A stretch of 63,919 nt of DNA, counting the filler. It is 5 parts of 5 records of this genome, joined end to end, with 100 filler letters (N's around TTAATTAATTAA, not from the genome) between each part and the next. Parts side by side here need not be neighbours in the genome. Positions count along the whole stretch, not along the records: positions 11,385 to 27,604 come from SRR31156797_8305; positions 27,705 to 34,303 come from SRR31156797_8306; 3 more parts are not named here. The stretch is one strand, 5' to 3'. Positions 18,447 through 29,375 of this stretch are shown in pieces. Each line of letters opens with the position of its first letter. Position 1 is the first letter of the stretch. A model generated the notes under the pieces. It saw only the letters and a list, made by a program, of their open reading frames with translations. It was not told the DNA's origin and did not search any database. The position numbers and the translations under genes were made by a program.

Positions 18447-20582
18447 ATGAAGAAATTATATTGGATTGCACTCTCTATCTTTATATTTTCTGCTTGTGCA
18501 AAACAAGCGCAGATAAAAATTGATAGATATGCTTTAGTCAGTCGTAATAATCCCATCAACACAGAACTGGATTCTCTCAGCTCTCTTACAGTTGGCAATG
18601 GAGATTTTGCTTACACAGTGGATATAACAGGTCTGCAATCTTTCCCTGAAAAATATAGGAATGGTGTTCCTTTGGGTACACAATCTAAATGGGGATGGCA
18701 CAGTTTTCCTAATCCAAACAATTATTCATTCAACGAAACATTAAAAGAATACAATTTTAGGGGAAAGAAGGAAGTTTACACTGTTCAGTCAAAAGAAAAT
18801 GGCAGATCAAAAGATGCTGCCAACTGGTATCGAAACAATCCGCATCGTATGCACCTGGGTTATACAGGTATTGAATTAATGAACAAAAGCGGTAAAAAAG
18901 CAAGTCCGGAACAACTTACAGACATTCGTCAGGAGCTTGATTTATGGGAAGGAATCATTACGAGTCAATTTACTTTGGACAGTATCCCTGTGAATATAAA
19001 AACAGTTTGTCATCCTAAAAAAGATGAAATAACCGCCACCATCCAATCTGAACTTATTTCTCAAAACAAACTAAACATCAACTTTAAATTCCCCTACCCT
19101 ACAGGCTTGCATAGCGATGATGCTTCGGATTGGGACGCAGCTCAAAAGCATTCTTCTCACATCATAGAACAAGATGAAAAATCTTGCCTTATAAAAAGAG
19201 TTCTGGATGAAACAGCGTATTTCGTTCAGGTAAAATGGAAAGGGAAAGCTCAGGTAAAACAAATTGAACCTCATTATTTTATTCTTAAACCGGATACAAC
19301 CCAATCGAACTTTTCGTTTTCGTTTTCTTATGCAGATCAGCTTCCTGCAGCAAATAATCCTATGGTTGATTCATCTTTTAATGAATCAACTGAATATTGG
19401 TCCTCTTTTTGGAAGAAAGGAGGTGCTATCGATTTTTCTCAATGCAAAGATAAAAGAGCAGTTGAATTAGAACGAAGAATAATCTTATCTCAATATTTGA
19501 TGGCTATTCAATGTGCAGGTCAACTGCCTCCGCAAGAAACCGGATTAACATACAATAGCTGGTACGGTAAGTTTCATCTGGAAATGCATTGGTGGCATGC
19601 GGTTCATTTTGCATTGTGGAATCGAATTGATTTGTTAGAACGCAGTTTAGGCTGGTACAATAAAGCCTTCCCTATAGCTGAAGAAATAGCTCAACGACAA
19701 AATTTTGAAGGCGTACGTTGGATGAAAATGACTGATCCTTCAGCAAAAGAAGCGCCTTCATCCGTTGGTTCATTTTTAATATGGCAGCAACCTCATATCA
19801 TATATTTTGCAGAATTGGTTTATCGTGATCATCCTTCAAAGGATGTAATCCGGAAATATGAAAAACTAGTGAATGCCACAGCTGAGTTTATGGCTTCTTT
19901 TGCTACTTATGATGCAAAGCAAGATCGATATATTTTAAAAGGCCTGATTCCTGCACAGGAAACCTTACGAGCTTCTGAAACCATAAATCCTCCCTTTGAA
20001 TTGGCCTACTGGTACTGGGGACTTTCTACTGCACAAAAATGGAGAGAAAGAGCTGGTCTGCCTCGTAACAATGAATGGGATGAAATATTAGATAAACTAT
20101 CTCCGCTAACTGCTAAAGATGGTTTGTATCTGGCAGCAGAGGATGCCGTTGATACCTATACAGATATTCGATTTACTTCAGATCATCCTGCAGTACTAGG
20201 AGCACTAGGAATTCTACCGGAATCACAATTGGTAAAACCAGCATTGATGAATAATACATTAGACTGGATTTGGGACAACTGGAATTGGAACAAAACCTGG
20301 GGTTGGGATTATCCAATGACAGCGATGTGCGCCGCACGTTTATATCAACCTCAAATGGCTGTGGATGCCTTATTGATGGATAAACGAACCAATACGTATT
20401 TACCTAATGGTCATAATTACCAGGATAAACGATTAAGAGTTTATTTGCCAGGAAACGGTGGTTTATTAACTGCTGTAGCAATGATGTGTGCCGGTTGGGA
20501 TGGAAACACAAAGGAAACACCCGGTTTTCCACATGACGAAAATTGGAATGTAATATGGGAAGATCTTAATCCAATGCCATAG
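18447..20582 (+). CDS. Lipoprotein, GH65-like six-hairpin glycosidase of unknown specificity
   Basis: Start corrected to MKKLYW...FSAC (lipobox). Motifs VGNG.FA, GKFHLEMHWWH, PAQE and PGNGGLL. Confidence 0.7.
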   Translation: MKKLYWIALSIFIFSACAKQAQIKIDRYALVSRNNPINTELDSLSSLTVGNGDFAYTVDITGLQSFPEKYRNGVPLGTQSKWGWHSFPNPNNYSFNETLKEYNFRGKKEVYTVQSKENGRSKDAANWYRNNPHRMHLGYTGIELMNKSGKKASPEQLTDIRQELDLWEGIITSQFTLDSIPVNIKTVCHPKKDEITATIQSELISQNKLNINFKFPYPTGLHSDDASDWDAAQKHSSHIIEQDEKSCLIKRVLDETAYFVQVKWKGKAQVKQIEPHYFILKPDTTQSNFSFSFSYADQLPAANNPMVDSSFNESTEYWSSFWKKGGAIDFSQCKDKRAVELERRIILSQYLMAIQCAGQLPPQETGLTYNSWYGKFHLEMHWWHAVHFALWNRIDLLERSLGWYNKAFPIAEEIAQRQNFEGVRWMKMTDPSAKEAPSSVGSFLIWQQPHIIYFAELVYRDHPSKDVIRKYEKLVNATAEFMASFATYDAKQDRYILKGLIPAQETLRASETINPPFELAYWYWGLSTAQKWRERAGLPRNNEWDEILDKLSPLTAKDGLYLAAEDAVDTYTDIRFTSDHPAVLGALGILPESQLVKPALMNNTLDWIWDNWNWNKTWGWDYPMTAMCAARLYQPQMAVDALLMDKRTNTYLPNGHNYQDKRLRVYLPGNGGLLTAVAMMCAGWDGNTKETPGFPHDENWNVIWEDLNPMP

Positions 20583-20601
20583 TTAGTAAAAATATAAAAC
20601 A

Positions 20602-21759
20602 ATGAAACAGCTTATATATTCAAGTTTAATACTGATACTTTTTTCATTTTCAGCTTTGGCTCAAAAAACAGCCATTCGCTTTGCTGATTCGGAAATAAAA
20701 CGCTTTCCGCAAGCCTGGCAGCTTGATCATGGAAAGCGCCTTTATTTTGGATACTCACAAGGTTTAGGATGTTTGGCTATGCTTAAAGTCTGGAAAGAAA
20801 CCGGAGATAAAAAGTATTTGAATTATGTAATTGAATGGGCTGATTCTCTAATTAATGAAAAAGGAGAAATCCATCAATACAAAGTAGAAAAATATAATAT
20901 TGATTACATCAATCCGGGAAAAGTGCTTTTTGATGTGTACAAAGAAACGGGCAATAAAAAGTACAAATTGGCTATGGATCGTCTGATTGATCAGCTAAAG
21001 CATCACCCGCGAACACACGAAGGTGCTTTCTGGCAAAAACTCCGCTATCAGCATCAGGTTTGGCTCGATGGCTTATATATGGGAGCTCCTTTTTACGCTC
21101 AATATGCCGTTACTTTTAACCACACTCAAATGCTTGAAGATGCTATTCAGCAATTTATTATCTGCGCAAAGCATACCTATGATAATAAAACAGGATTATA
21201 TTACCATGCCTGGGATGAAAGTAAAAACCAACGTTGGGCTAATAAAACCACAGGCCAGTCTCCAAACTTTTGGGGAAGAAGTATTGGCTGGTGGTTTATG
21301 GCACTGGTCGATGTGCTGGATTTTGTTCCTGAAGATCATACCAAAAGAGAACAACTCATTACTTTAATACAAGGCCTGGCTAAATCTTTAAAAAATTATC
21401 AGGATACAAGTGGCTTATGGTATCAGGTAATTGATGAAGGGCAAAAAGAAGGCAACTATTTGGAAGCCTCTGCTTCTTCAATGTATATGTATGCGTATGC
21501 TAAAGCTGTCAATAAAGGATACATCAATACTGATTATAAGAAAGTGGCTCTGGCTGCTTATGATGGAATAATGAATAACCTGATTAAAACCAATAAAGAT
21601 GGCTCTTTAACTTTAACACAATGCTGCGCTGTTGCCGGCCTGGGAGGCAAGCCATACCGCGATGGCAGTTTTGAATACTATGTAAATGAGAGAATACGAG
21701 AGAATGATAGCAAGGCAACCGGACCATTTATAATGGGCTGCCTGGAATTAAATAAATAA
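20602..21759 (+). CDS. GH105 unsaturated rhamnogalacturonyl hydrolase
   Basis: Motifs NIDYIN.G, QVWLDGLYM, YYHAWDES, FWGRSIGW and YLEASAS. Signal peptide. Confidence 0.9.
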   Translation: MKQLIYSSLILILFSFSALAQKTAIRFADSEIKRFPQAWQLDHGKRLYFGYSQGLGCLAMLKVWKETGDKKYLNYVIEWADSLINEKGEIHQYKVEKYNIDYINPGKVLFDVYKETGNKKYKLAMDRLIDQLKHHPRTHEGAFWQKLRYQHQVWLDGLYMGAPFYAQYAVTFNHTQMLEDAIQQFIICAKHTYDNKTGLYYHAWDESKNQRWANKTTGQSPNFWGRSIGWWFMALVDVLDFVPEDHTKREQLITLIQGLAKSLKNYQDTSGLWYQVIDEGQKEGNYLEASASSMYMYAYAKAVNKGYINTDYKKVALAAYDGIMNNLIKTNKDGSLTLTQCCAVAGLGGKPYRDGSFEYYVNERIRENDSKATGPFIMGCLELNK

Positions 21760-21786
21760 TGAAATAAGAGGAGATTAAGTAAAGAA

Positions 21787-23439
21787 ATGAAGCATTTATT
21801 TAAGTACGTAGGATTTATATTTTTAATCAGCTGCACAGTTACAAAACCAAAAGATAACGTAGAATACAAATATGCTTATTTGTACGAAGAACTTCCGTTT
21901 GAGATGCCTTATATCCATCCTCCGGTTTTTCCGGATAACGAGGTAAATATTTTGGAATTTGGAGGAATTGGAGATGGTATTTATAAAAATACGAAAGCGT
22001 TTAAAAAAGCCATCAATACCCTTTCTGATAAAGGTGGAGGTACATTAATTGTTCCGCAGGGCGTTTGGTTTACCGGACCAATTGAACTTAAAAGTAACAT
22101 AAACTTGCATCTGCAAAAAGGAGCTTTAGTGAGTTTTAGTCGTAATTTTGATGATTACCCATTGGTAGCTACAGTCTTTGAAGGCTTGGATACTCGCAGA
22201 TGCCAATCACCTATTTCCGGAAGAAACCTAAAGAACATTGCCATTACCGGCCAAGGTTATATTGATGGTTCAGGTGATGCTTGGCGACCAGTTAAAAAAC
22301 AAAAAGTGACTGAGAAACACTGGAAAAAAATAATTGCAAAAGGAGGTGCGTTCAAACGAGCTGATTATTGGTTTCCAACGGCAAAAGCTTTAAAGGGCGA
22401 TGCCCTCAGCGAAATGAATGTTCCTCGTAAACTACAAACGAAAGAAGAGTGGTTAGCGATTAAGGATTTTCTGAGACCGGTGATGATAAGCCTGATCGAA
22501 TGTAAAAATGTGCTCTTGCAGGATGCCTGTTTTTCAAACTCGCCCAGCTGGAATATTCATCCTTTAATGTGTAAAAATATCATCATTGATAATATAAAAG
22601 TTCGCAATCCCTCCTACGCACAAAATGGAGATGGTCTGGATTTAGAATCCTGCGAAAATGCGATTGTAGTCAATAGTCAGTTTGATGTAGGTGATGATGG
22701 AATTTGCATTAAATCTGGTAAGGATGAAGACGGCCGAAAAAGAGGTCGTCCAACCCAAAATGTCATTGTTGATAATTGCACTGTATATCACGGACATGGT
22801 GGTTTTGTTGTGGGAAGTGAAATGTCTGGCGGAGTTAAAAATATTAAAGTGAGTCACTGTGGTTTTTTAGGAACAGATGTAGGCTTACGTTTTAAGAGCC
22901 GAAGAGGTAGAGGTGGTACGGTTGAAAACATTTATGTTTCTCATATTACCATGCAGGATATTGTAACCGATGCCCTATCCTTTAATTTGTACTACGGTGG
23001 AAAATCGGCTTCTGAAGAAATGGAATCCGGCGAACGAGGCAAAAAAGAGAAAGTGACTATTCCTCCTATTACAAAAGAAACCCCATGTTTTAAAGAGCTC
23101 TATTTTAACCATATTACTTCGAGTAATTCGCATCGATCCATGTATTTTAACGGTTTACCTGAAATGAAAATTCAGGGTATTCATATTGAAAACACTGTTA
23201 TGACATCGGATAAAGGAGCTGAGTTTTATTATGCAGAAAACATTAGCCTGAATAATGTCAGCTTAAGTCCAAAGCAAGGGACTGCATTAACTTTTAAAAA
23301 CATTACCGATGTTCATCTGTCACAGATTACTTATCCTAAAGAATTGGATAAAGTAATGAGTATAGAACGAGATGAATTACCTGAAATTAAAAACTTCAAC
23401 AACAGTTTCTCCGATGATAAAATTGAGTTTAAGAAATAA
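21787..23439 (+). CDS. GH28 polygalacturonase-family lipoprotein
   Basis: Motifs NGDGLD, GDDGICIKSG, GHGGFVVGSE and RFKS. Lipobox LISC. Confidence 0.92.
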   Translation: MKHLFKYVGFIFLISCTVTKPKDNVEYKYAYLYEELPFEMPYIHPPVFPDNEVNILEFGGIGDGIYKNTKAFKKAINTLSDKGGGTLIVPQGVWFTGPIELKSNINLHLQKGALVSFSRNFDDYPLVATVFEGLDTRRCQSPISGRNLKNIAITGQGYIDGSGDAWRPVKKQKVTEKHWKKIIAKGGAFKRADYWFPTAKALKGDALSEMNVPRKLQTKEEWLAIKDFLRPVMISLIECKNVLLQDACFSNSPSWNIHPLMCKNIIIDNIKVRNPSYAQNGDGLDLESCENAIVVNSQFDVGDDGICIKSGKDEDGRKRGRPTQNVIVDNCTVYHGHGGFVVGSEMSGGVKNIKVSHCGFLGTDVGLRFKSRRGRGGTVENIYVSHITMQDIVTDALSFNLYYGGKSASEEMESGERGKKEKVTIPPITKETPCFKELYFNHITSSNSHRSMYFNGLPEMKIQGIHIENTVMTSDKGAEFYYAENISLNNVSLSPKQGTALTFKNITDVHLSQITYPKELDKVMSIERDELPEIKNFNNSFSDDKIEFKK

Positions 23440-23458
23440 ACCTTATAATCTATCTGTT

Positions 23459-24904
23459 ATGAAAAATTCTTACGCCGTATTCTTTTTCCTGGCCCTATTC
23501 AATGTATGGAGTACAGGCATACAAAGTCAATCTCCGGTACCTGATTTACAAAACCACGAATGGGTAAAAGATGTAGGTGCCAAATCTAAACCTATTAGCA
23601 GAGGGGTCACTTATAATCCTAAAGATTTTGGAGCAGTTGGCGATGGTCTTACTTTATGTACTCAGGCCATTCAAGCGGCTATCGATCAATGTGCCAATGA
23701 CGGTGGAGGAATGGTAGAGTTTACCACAGGTATTTATCTTTCCGGTGCTGTTTTTTTAAAATCGAATGTGGCTTTACATATTCCCAAAGGCGTTGAAATA
23801 TTAGGCAGCCAAAACATCGAAGATTACAAGGAGATTCCAACACGTGTAGCCGGATTGGAGATGATCTGGCCGGCGGGATTAATCAATGTAATCGATCAGG
23901 AAAATGTAGCTATAACAGGAGATGGTGTGATTAATGGTAAAGGAAAAGTATATTGGGATATGTATTACAAAATGCGTAAAGAATACGATCCTAAAGGTTT
24001 ACGTTGGGTAGTAGACTATGATGCCAAACGCCCAAGAGGAATCATTGTAGCCAACTCCAAAGATGTTAGTCTGGAAGACTTTGTTTTGTATCAAGCCGGG
24101 TTCTGGTCGGTACATATTCTTTACTCTGAATACATAACTGTTGATAATATTACGATAAACAACAATATTGAAGGTGAAGGACCAAGCACCGATGGTATTG
24201 ATATTGATTCTTCTGAGAGAATTCTGGTTCAAAACTGTTATGTAAATTGTAATGATGATAATTTCTGCCTGAAGGCTGGAAGAGATGCTGATGGACTAAA
24301 AGTGAATCGTCCGTGCCAATATATTGTGATCAGAGATTGTATTGCCGGACATGGAGATGGATTGTTTACCTGCGGAAGTGAAACCAGCGGCGGTATTAAA
24401 AACATCCTGGTTTATAATATGAAAGGATTAGGAACCAAGTATGGATTACGTTTTAAAAGTACAGCAACACGCGGTGGAACCATTGAGAACATTTACATGA
24501 ATAACATTGAGATGGATGGCGTAATGTATCCTATCATTGTTGATTTAAACTGGCACCCGAAATACAGTACCTCCAAACTTCCCGAAGGATATGAATACAA
24601 TAAACTTCCAGAACATTGGAAAAAGCTACTGGAAGAAGTTGATCCTAAAGATGGTCTTCCTAAATTCCAACAAATCTATTTTAAAGATATAGTAGCTAAA
24701 GATGCAGAAAGTTGTATCAAAGTAACGGGTATCAAACAAAGTACCATTGATAATTTTCATTTTAAGAATATTCGACTTTCGGGTAAAAAAGCAGGAAATA
24801 TAAGTTATAGCAAGGATTGGACTTTCCAAAACTTTTCCATAGATGCTTCTGAAGACAATGAGCTTATCTTGGAGAAAAACAACAAGGTACAACTGGAGGA
24901 ATAA
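23459..24904 (+). CDS. GH28 glycoside hydrolase
   Basis: Start corrected to MKNSYAV (signal peptide). Motifs STDGIDID, NDDNFCLKAG, GSETSGG and RFKS. Confidence 0.9.
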   Translation: MKNSYAVFFFLALFNVWSTGIQSQSPVPDLQNHEWVKDVGAKSKPISRGVTYNPKDFGAVGDGLTLCTQAIQAAIDQCANDGGGMVEFTTGIYLSGAVFLKSNVALHIPKGVEILGSQNIEDYKEIPTRVAGLEMIWPAGLINVIDQENVAITGDGVINGKGKVYWDMYYKMRKEYDPKGLRWVVDYDAKRPRGIIVANSKDVSLEDFVLYQAGFWSVHILYSEYITVDNITINNNIEGEGPSTDGIDIDSSERILVQNCYVNCNDDNFCLKAGRDADGLKVNRPCQYIVIRDCIAGHGDGLFTCGSETSGGIKNILVYNMKGLGTKYGLRFKSTATRGGTIENIYMNNIEMDGVMYPIIVDLNWHPKYSTSKLPEGYEYNKLPEHWKKLLEEVDPKDGLPKFQQIYFKDIVAKDAESCIKVTGIKQSTIDNFHFKNIRLSGKKAGNISYSKDWTFQNFSIDASEDNELILEKNNKVQLEE

Positions 24905-24967
24905 GCTAAAATAGTTTTTATACTTTGAGCAAGTAACCAAAACAACAAATGATATTTTATCAACAAA

Positions 24968-24990
24968 AAACGCCGCATTAAGCGGCGTTT
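24968..24990. terminator. Bidirectional terminator between GH28 and valS
   Basis: AAACGCCGC-ATTAA-GCGGCGTTT between convergent genes. Confidence 0.75.
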
Positions 24991-25011
24991 CTGGTTTTAT
25001 TTAAGTGTATG

Positions 25012-27604
25012 CTACTTTTTCAAGTTGGCAATACTTTCTTCTAAAGCTTTAATTTTAGCTTCTGCATCAGCTTGCTTTTGCTTTTCAATAGCCACCACTT
25101 TTTCAGGCGCACCATTTACAAAACGCTCATTGCTTAGCTTTTTCATTACTGAGTTTAAGAATCCTTGCTGATATTTTAAGTCCTCTTCTAAACGAGCTAT
25201 CTCTGCATCTACATCCAATAAGTCACCCATTGGAATAAAGAACTCATTAGCTTTAACCATAAACGATAAAGCACCATTTACTTTCTCAGTCACAAAATTA
25301 ATACCCTCTGAATTTGCCAGCTTAACCAAAACAGCATCAAAAGTTTTATCATAGCTGCCTGTATTATCTAAAATACTTAAGTTGATCGCATCCTTATTTG
25401 GTATATTTTTTTGCTTACGGATATTTCTAACTCCAGCAACAGCTTCTTGTGTTAACTCAAAACTAGCTAATAGTTTTTCATCTACTTCTGTAGCCACAGG
25501 CATCTCCGAAACCATAATGCTCTCCCCTTCTTTTCTTTCATCTAAAAGTTGCCATATTTCTTCCGAAATAAACGGCATAAATGGATGAATCAGTCTTAAA
25601 ATCTTATCAAAATTTTCTATAGTCGCTTTGTAAGTAGCACCATCAATAGGTTGTTGATATCCTGGCTTTACAATTTCTAAATACCAAGATGAAAAATCAT
25701 CACGGAATAAAGTATAAACCGTCATCAAAGCGTCCGAAATACGGAACTTACTAAAGTGATCATCAACCAAATTAATAGTTTGATTTAGTTTTTGTTCAAA
25801 CCACTCAATTCCTTTGGCTGCACTTTCTGGCTGAGCCAATGATTCATCAACTTGCCATCCTTTTACCAATCGGAATGCATTCCATATTTTGTTGGAGAAG
25901 TTACGTCCTTGCTCTGTTAAACTGTCATCAAATAATAAATCACCTCCGGCAGGCGAACAAAGCAACATCCCAACACGAACCCCATCAGCACCATACTTGG
26001 CAATTAAATCCAATGGATCCGGAGAGTTACCCAATTGCTTACTCATTTTACGTCCTTGCTTATCGCGAACCATTCCGGTAAAGTACACATTCTTAAATGG
26101 GAAAGTTCCTTTAAACTCGTAACCCGCCATAATCATACGTGCCACCCAGAAAAAGATAATATCGTGTCCGGTAACCAAATCACTGGTTGGGTAATAATAA
26201 TCTATCTCGTTTTTATCAGGATTAAAACCATCAAAAACAGAGATTGGCCACAACCATGATGATGCCCAGGTATCCAACACATCCTCATCCTGCTTTAAAT
26301 CGGCCATCGTTAATGCTGAATTTCCGGTTTTCTCCTGTGCCTTTTTAACCGCTTCCTCATCTGATTTAGCTACCACAAAGTCACCGTTATCCATGTAATA
26401 AACCGGTATTCTGTGTCCCCAATATAACTGACGCGAAATACACCAATCCTTTACGTTCTCCATCCAGTGACGGTAAACGTTTTTAAATTTTGGTGGATGA
26501 AACTGTACCTCATCAGTCATTACAGCATCAAGAGCCACTTTGGCCATATCGGTCATTTTTAAGAACCACTGTGTTGAAAGCTTAGGCTCAATTACCGCTC
26601 CGGTTCTCTCCGAACAACCTACTTTATTATCGTAATCCTCCACCTTTAATAGGTTTCCGGCTTTCTCTAATTCGGGAATAATCTCATCGCGCACTACAAA
26701 ACGATCTTTACCCACAAACATGCCTGCAGCCTCACTTAAAGTACCATTATCGTTTAAGATATCGATACTCTCTAAATTGTGACGCATTCCTATTTCGTAG
26801 TCATTTAAATCGTGAGCCGGTGTAATCTTTAAACATCCTGTACCAAACTCCATATCCACATACTCGTCCTCAATAATTGGAATGGAACGGTTAATTAATG
26901 GAACCAACACACGTTTACCTTTCAGATGTGTAAAACGTTCATCATTTGGATTAATACAAACTGCGGTATCACCTAAAATAGTTTCCGGACGTGTAGTTGC
27001 AATGGTTACATGCCCATCCTCTCCTTCTATTTTATACAACAGATAATATAATTTTGAGTGTACTTCTTTATAAACAACCTCTTCATCCGACACGGCAGTT
27101 AATGCATCCGGATCCCAATTTACCATGCGTACACCGCGATAAATTAAATCCTTCTCATATAATTTTACAAAAGTATCTAATACGGCATCACTACGTGTTT
27201 CATCCAGCGTAAAACATGTTCTGTCCCAATCGCAAGAAGCACCTAACTTTTTTAATTGCTCCAGGATAATGCCACCATGTTTCTCTGTCCACTCCCAAGC
27301 ATGCGATAAAAACTCATCGCGCGATAAATCAGCTTTATCAATTCCTTCTGTCTTTAGTTTATTCACCACTTTAGCCTCAGTAGCAATAGAAGCATGGTCT
27401 GTTCCCGGAACCCAGCAAGCATTTTTACCTAACATACGCGCACGACGTACCAAAATATCCTGAATCGTATTGTTAAGCATGTGTCCCATGTGCAATACCC
27501 CGGTAACGTTTGGTGGCGGAATGACGACAGTATAAGGCTCTCTTTCATCCGGTTCTGAATGAAAATAGTTCTGCTCCATCCAATACTTATACCACTTGTC
27601 CTCC
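25012..27604 (-). CDS. valS: Valine--tRNA ligase (5' end truncated by the contig break)
   Basis: [13 protein letters not shown] (HIGH motif), [13 protein letters not shown] and a C-terminal coiled coil. Confidence 0.97.
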
Positions 27605-27704
27605 NNNNNNNNNNNNNNNNNNNNNNNNNNNNNNNNNNNNNNNNNNNNTTAATTAATTAANNNNNNNNNNNNNNNNNNNNNNNNNNNNNNNNNNNNNNNN
27701 NNNN
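27605..27704. other. Artificial contig linker
   Basis: N-run / TTAATTAATTAA / N-run. Confidence 0.98.
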
Positions 27705-27824
27705 TTTTTCATCCCCCTTCTTTGAGGGAGAGCCCCTTTACATCCTGGATCAATAAACGAATTTGGTTAGCTCCAGTTATGTTCTCTATTTCTTTATCGG
27801 TTGAGCAAAATTACCTTTCCAATA

Positions 27825-28154
27825 TTACTCAACAATTTCCGTTCCTGGGACTATAACCTGATGTCCAGGGCCGGCATCAAAAACCACTTTATAGTCAACA
27901 CTCGGCTTGTCAAAGCTAAATTCACCATCGTTATTTATCTTTCCTCGAATAAGCGTTTTGTTATCCATTTGTCGAATAAACATCCTTACTCCTGTTGCTG
28001 TGGAACCATCTGAGAATCCCCCTTCGCAGGTAATGGAACCATCCCCGTTATCAAAACAGGAACAAAGTGCAGAGTGGGCAAAAGTGGAAGCAGGAATAAG
28101 GAGTGAAATTAACAAGAGAGTGACCAGACGAATGTTCTTTATATTTTTCTTCAT
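27825..28154 (-). CDS. Small secreted protein, FpvJ-like
   Basis: Signal peptide ending TFA|H. Motifs CSC..GDGSITCEGGFSDGS and FDAGPGH, as I recall them from Pseudomonas FpvJ-type proteins. Confidence 0.65.
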   Translation of the reverse strand: MKKNIKNIRLVTLLLISLLIPASTFAHSALCSCFDNGDGSITCEGGFSDGSTATGVRMFIRQMDNKTLIRGKINNDGEFSFDKPSVDYKVVFDAGPGHQVIVPGTEIVE

Positions 28155-28219
28155 AATATTTGTTTTTAAGTACTATACCGAGACCGGGGCAACCGGTCAC
28201 GGTATACATATGTATAGAG

Positions 28220-28951
28220 TTACTTGGAAGTGGTAAAGGTCAGGGAAAACGCAAACCAGACCTTTTTTACTCCTTCAAGCGCCTTTGCGTACTTGCCGAT
28301 AATTATCTGCCGGCCAGGCGGGCCAACTTTAACCATCACCGGCTCTTGGTTACCTCGAAAAACAAGTTCAGGATGCTCAATGGCAGGATCACTTGTCAAA
28401 GAGGTTCTGGAACCATCCACTTCCATCAATTTCCCTTCAAAGTACAGTTGAATAGGCAGCATATCTCCCTCTTTCAAAGTGGTAGGATCCTTTAAGGGAA
28501 CGATTTCCGCTCGCTGCCCCACAGGCTTGGCAAGGAAGGGGCTCCAGGTGACTATTTCTTTAGAAAGTTTGTAGGAAGCTCCCTCCTCGACGATGGTTCC
28601 TTTCATATCTTTTTGGGGAGTTTTTAACTGTTGCCACCCTTCCTCCTCTGTATGGTACCAATACCAATTGTCAAAATCGACGGTGAGCAATGGGTAATCG
28701 TCAGTTACGTAGCAGAAAGCCTCACCTTCAAAAGCTAAAGGAGAGAGTTTTACCTTCCATTCTCCTTTCGTGTACCCATTAATGGAAGTGATTCTTTCCA
28801 TTGGATAGGGATCGGTTTGTCCGGGGTGCCCGTAGTTGAGCCCGACAGTGTTTCCTGATTTCTCCAGCCACATATCATGGGCTAAAATCGCCTGAGCTGA
28901 GAACACGGTTGCCATACATACGCATGCGGCCAATTTGGTTTTAAAATGCAT
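28220..28951 (-). CDS. DUF4198 family periplasmic metal-uptake-associated protein
   Basis: Signal peptide then HDMWLE. Motifs YGHP, EIVPLKDP..L..GD.L.IQL.FEGK and a C-terminal SLTF. Confidence 0.8.
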   Translation of the reverse strand: MHFKTKLAACVCMATVFSAQAILAHDMWLEKSGNTVGLNYGHPGQTDPYPMERITSINGYTKGEWKVKLSPLAFEGEAFCYVTDDYPLLTVDFDNWYWYHTEEEGWQQLKTPQKDMKGTIVEEGASYKLSKEIVTWSPFLAKPVGQRAEIVPLKDPTTLKEGDMLPIQLYFEGKLMEVDGSRTSLTSDPAIEHPELVFRGNQEPVMVKVGPPGRQIIIGKYAKALEGVKKVWFAFSLTFTTSK

Positions 28952-29043
28952 AGAGTCTCCTTGACTTAAGGGTTAATTAGATGAGTCGTAAAATTGTAGT
29001 AGTGCATAATATTATACATCTATTTAATTTCAACATAATTTTA

Positions 29044-29057
29044 TTAAATATGCCTAA
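29044..29057. promoter_or_regulatory. Putative DtxR-family box
   Basis: TTAAATATGCCTAA (reverse complement TTAGGCATATTTAA), about 90 bp upstream of the 243-aa DUF4198 gene. Confidence 0.55.
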
Positions 29058-29332
29058 TTAAATAACCAACCCCTAACACTATTCTTATTTTAATATTTCC
29101 TGCGTATATACCTGTTCACTACCTGCAGCGTGGGCTAGATACATCAAAACCACCTAACTACCTGAATACATGAAACATGCTTAAAAGAAGGCAAAAAGAT
29201 AATAAAGGAAGAGGTGCAACAACACCTTGTGATAAAGATTACTTCAACATAACAACGGGAAGCAAACTGCACAGTTACAGTCAAGTACACCAAGTACAAG
29301 AAGGGAGGAGACAAATAGGATGGTTCTAAATA

Positions 29333-29366
29333 AATGATTAACCTGCCTTGCAACAGGTTAATCATT
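29333..29366 (-). terminator. Terminator hairpin after the DUF4198 gene
   Basis: AATGATTAACCTG-N8-CAGGTTAATCATT, a perfect 13-bp stem. Confidence 0.7.
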
Positions 29367-29375
29367 GGTCATTCA

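Noticed and set aside
28952-29375. Cobalamin riboswitch or Fur box upstream of the DUF4198 genes
   Set aside because: I saw no B12-box or cobalamin core motifs and no convincing GATAATGATAATCATTATC-like site.
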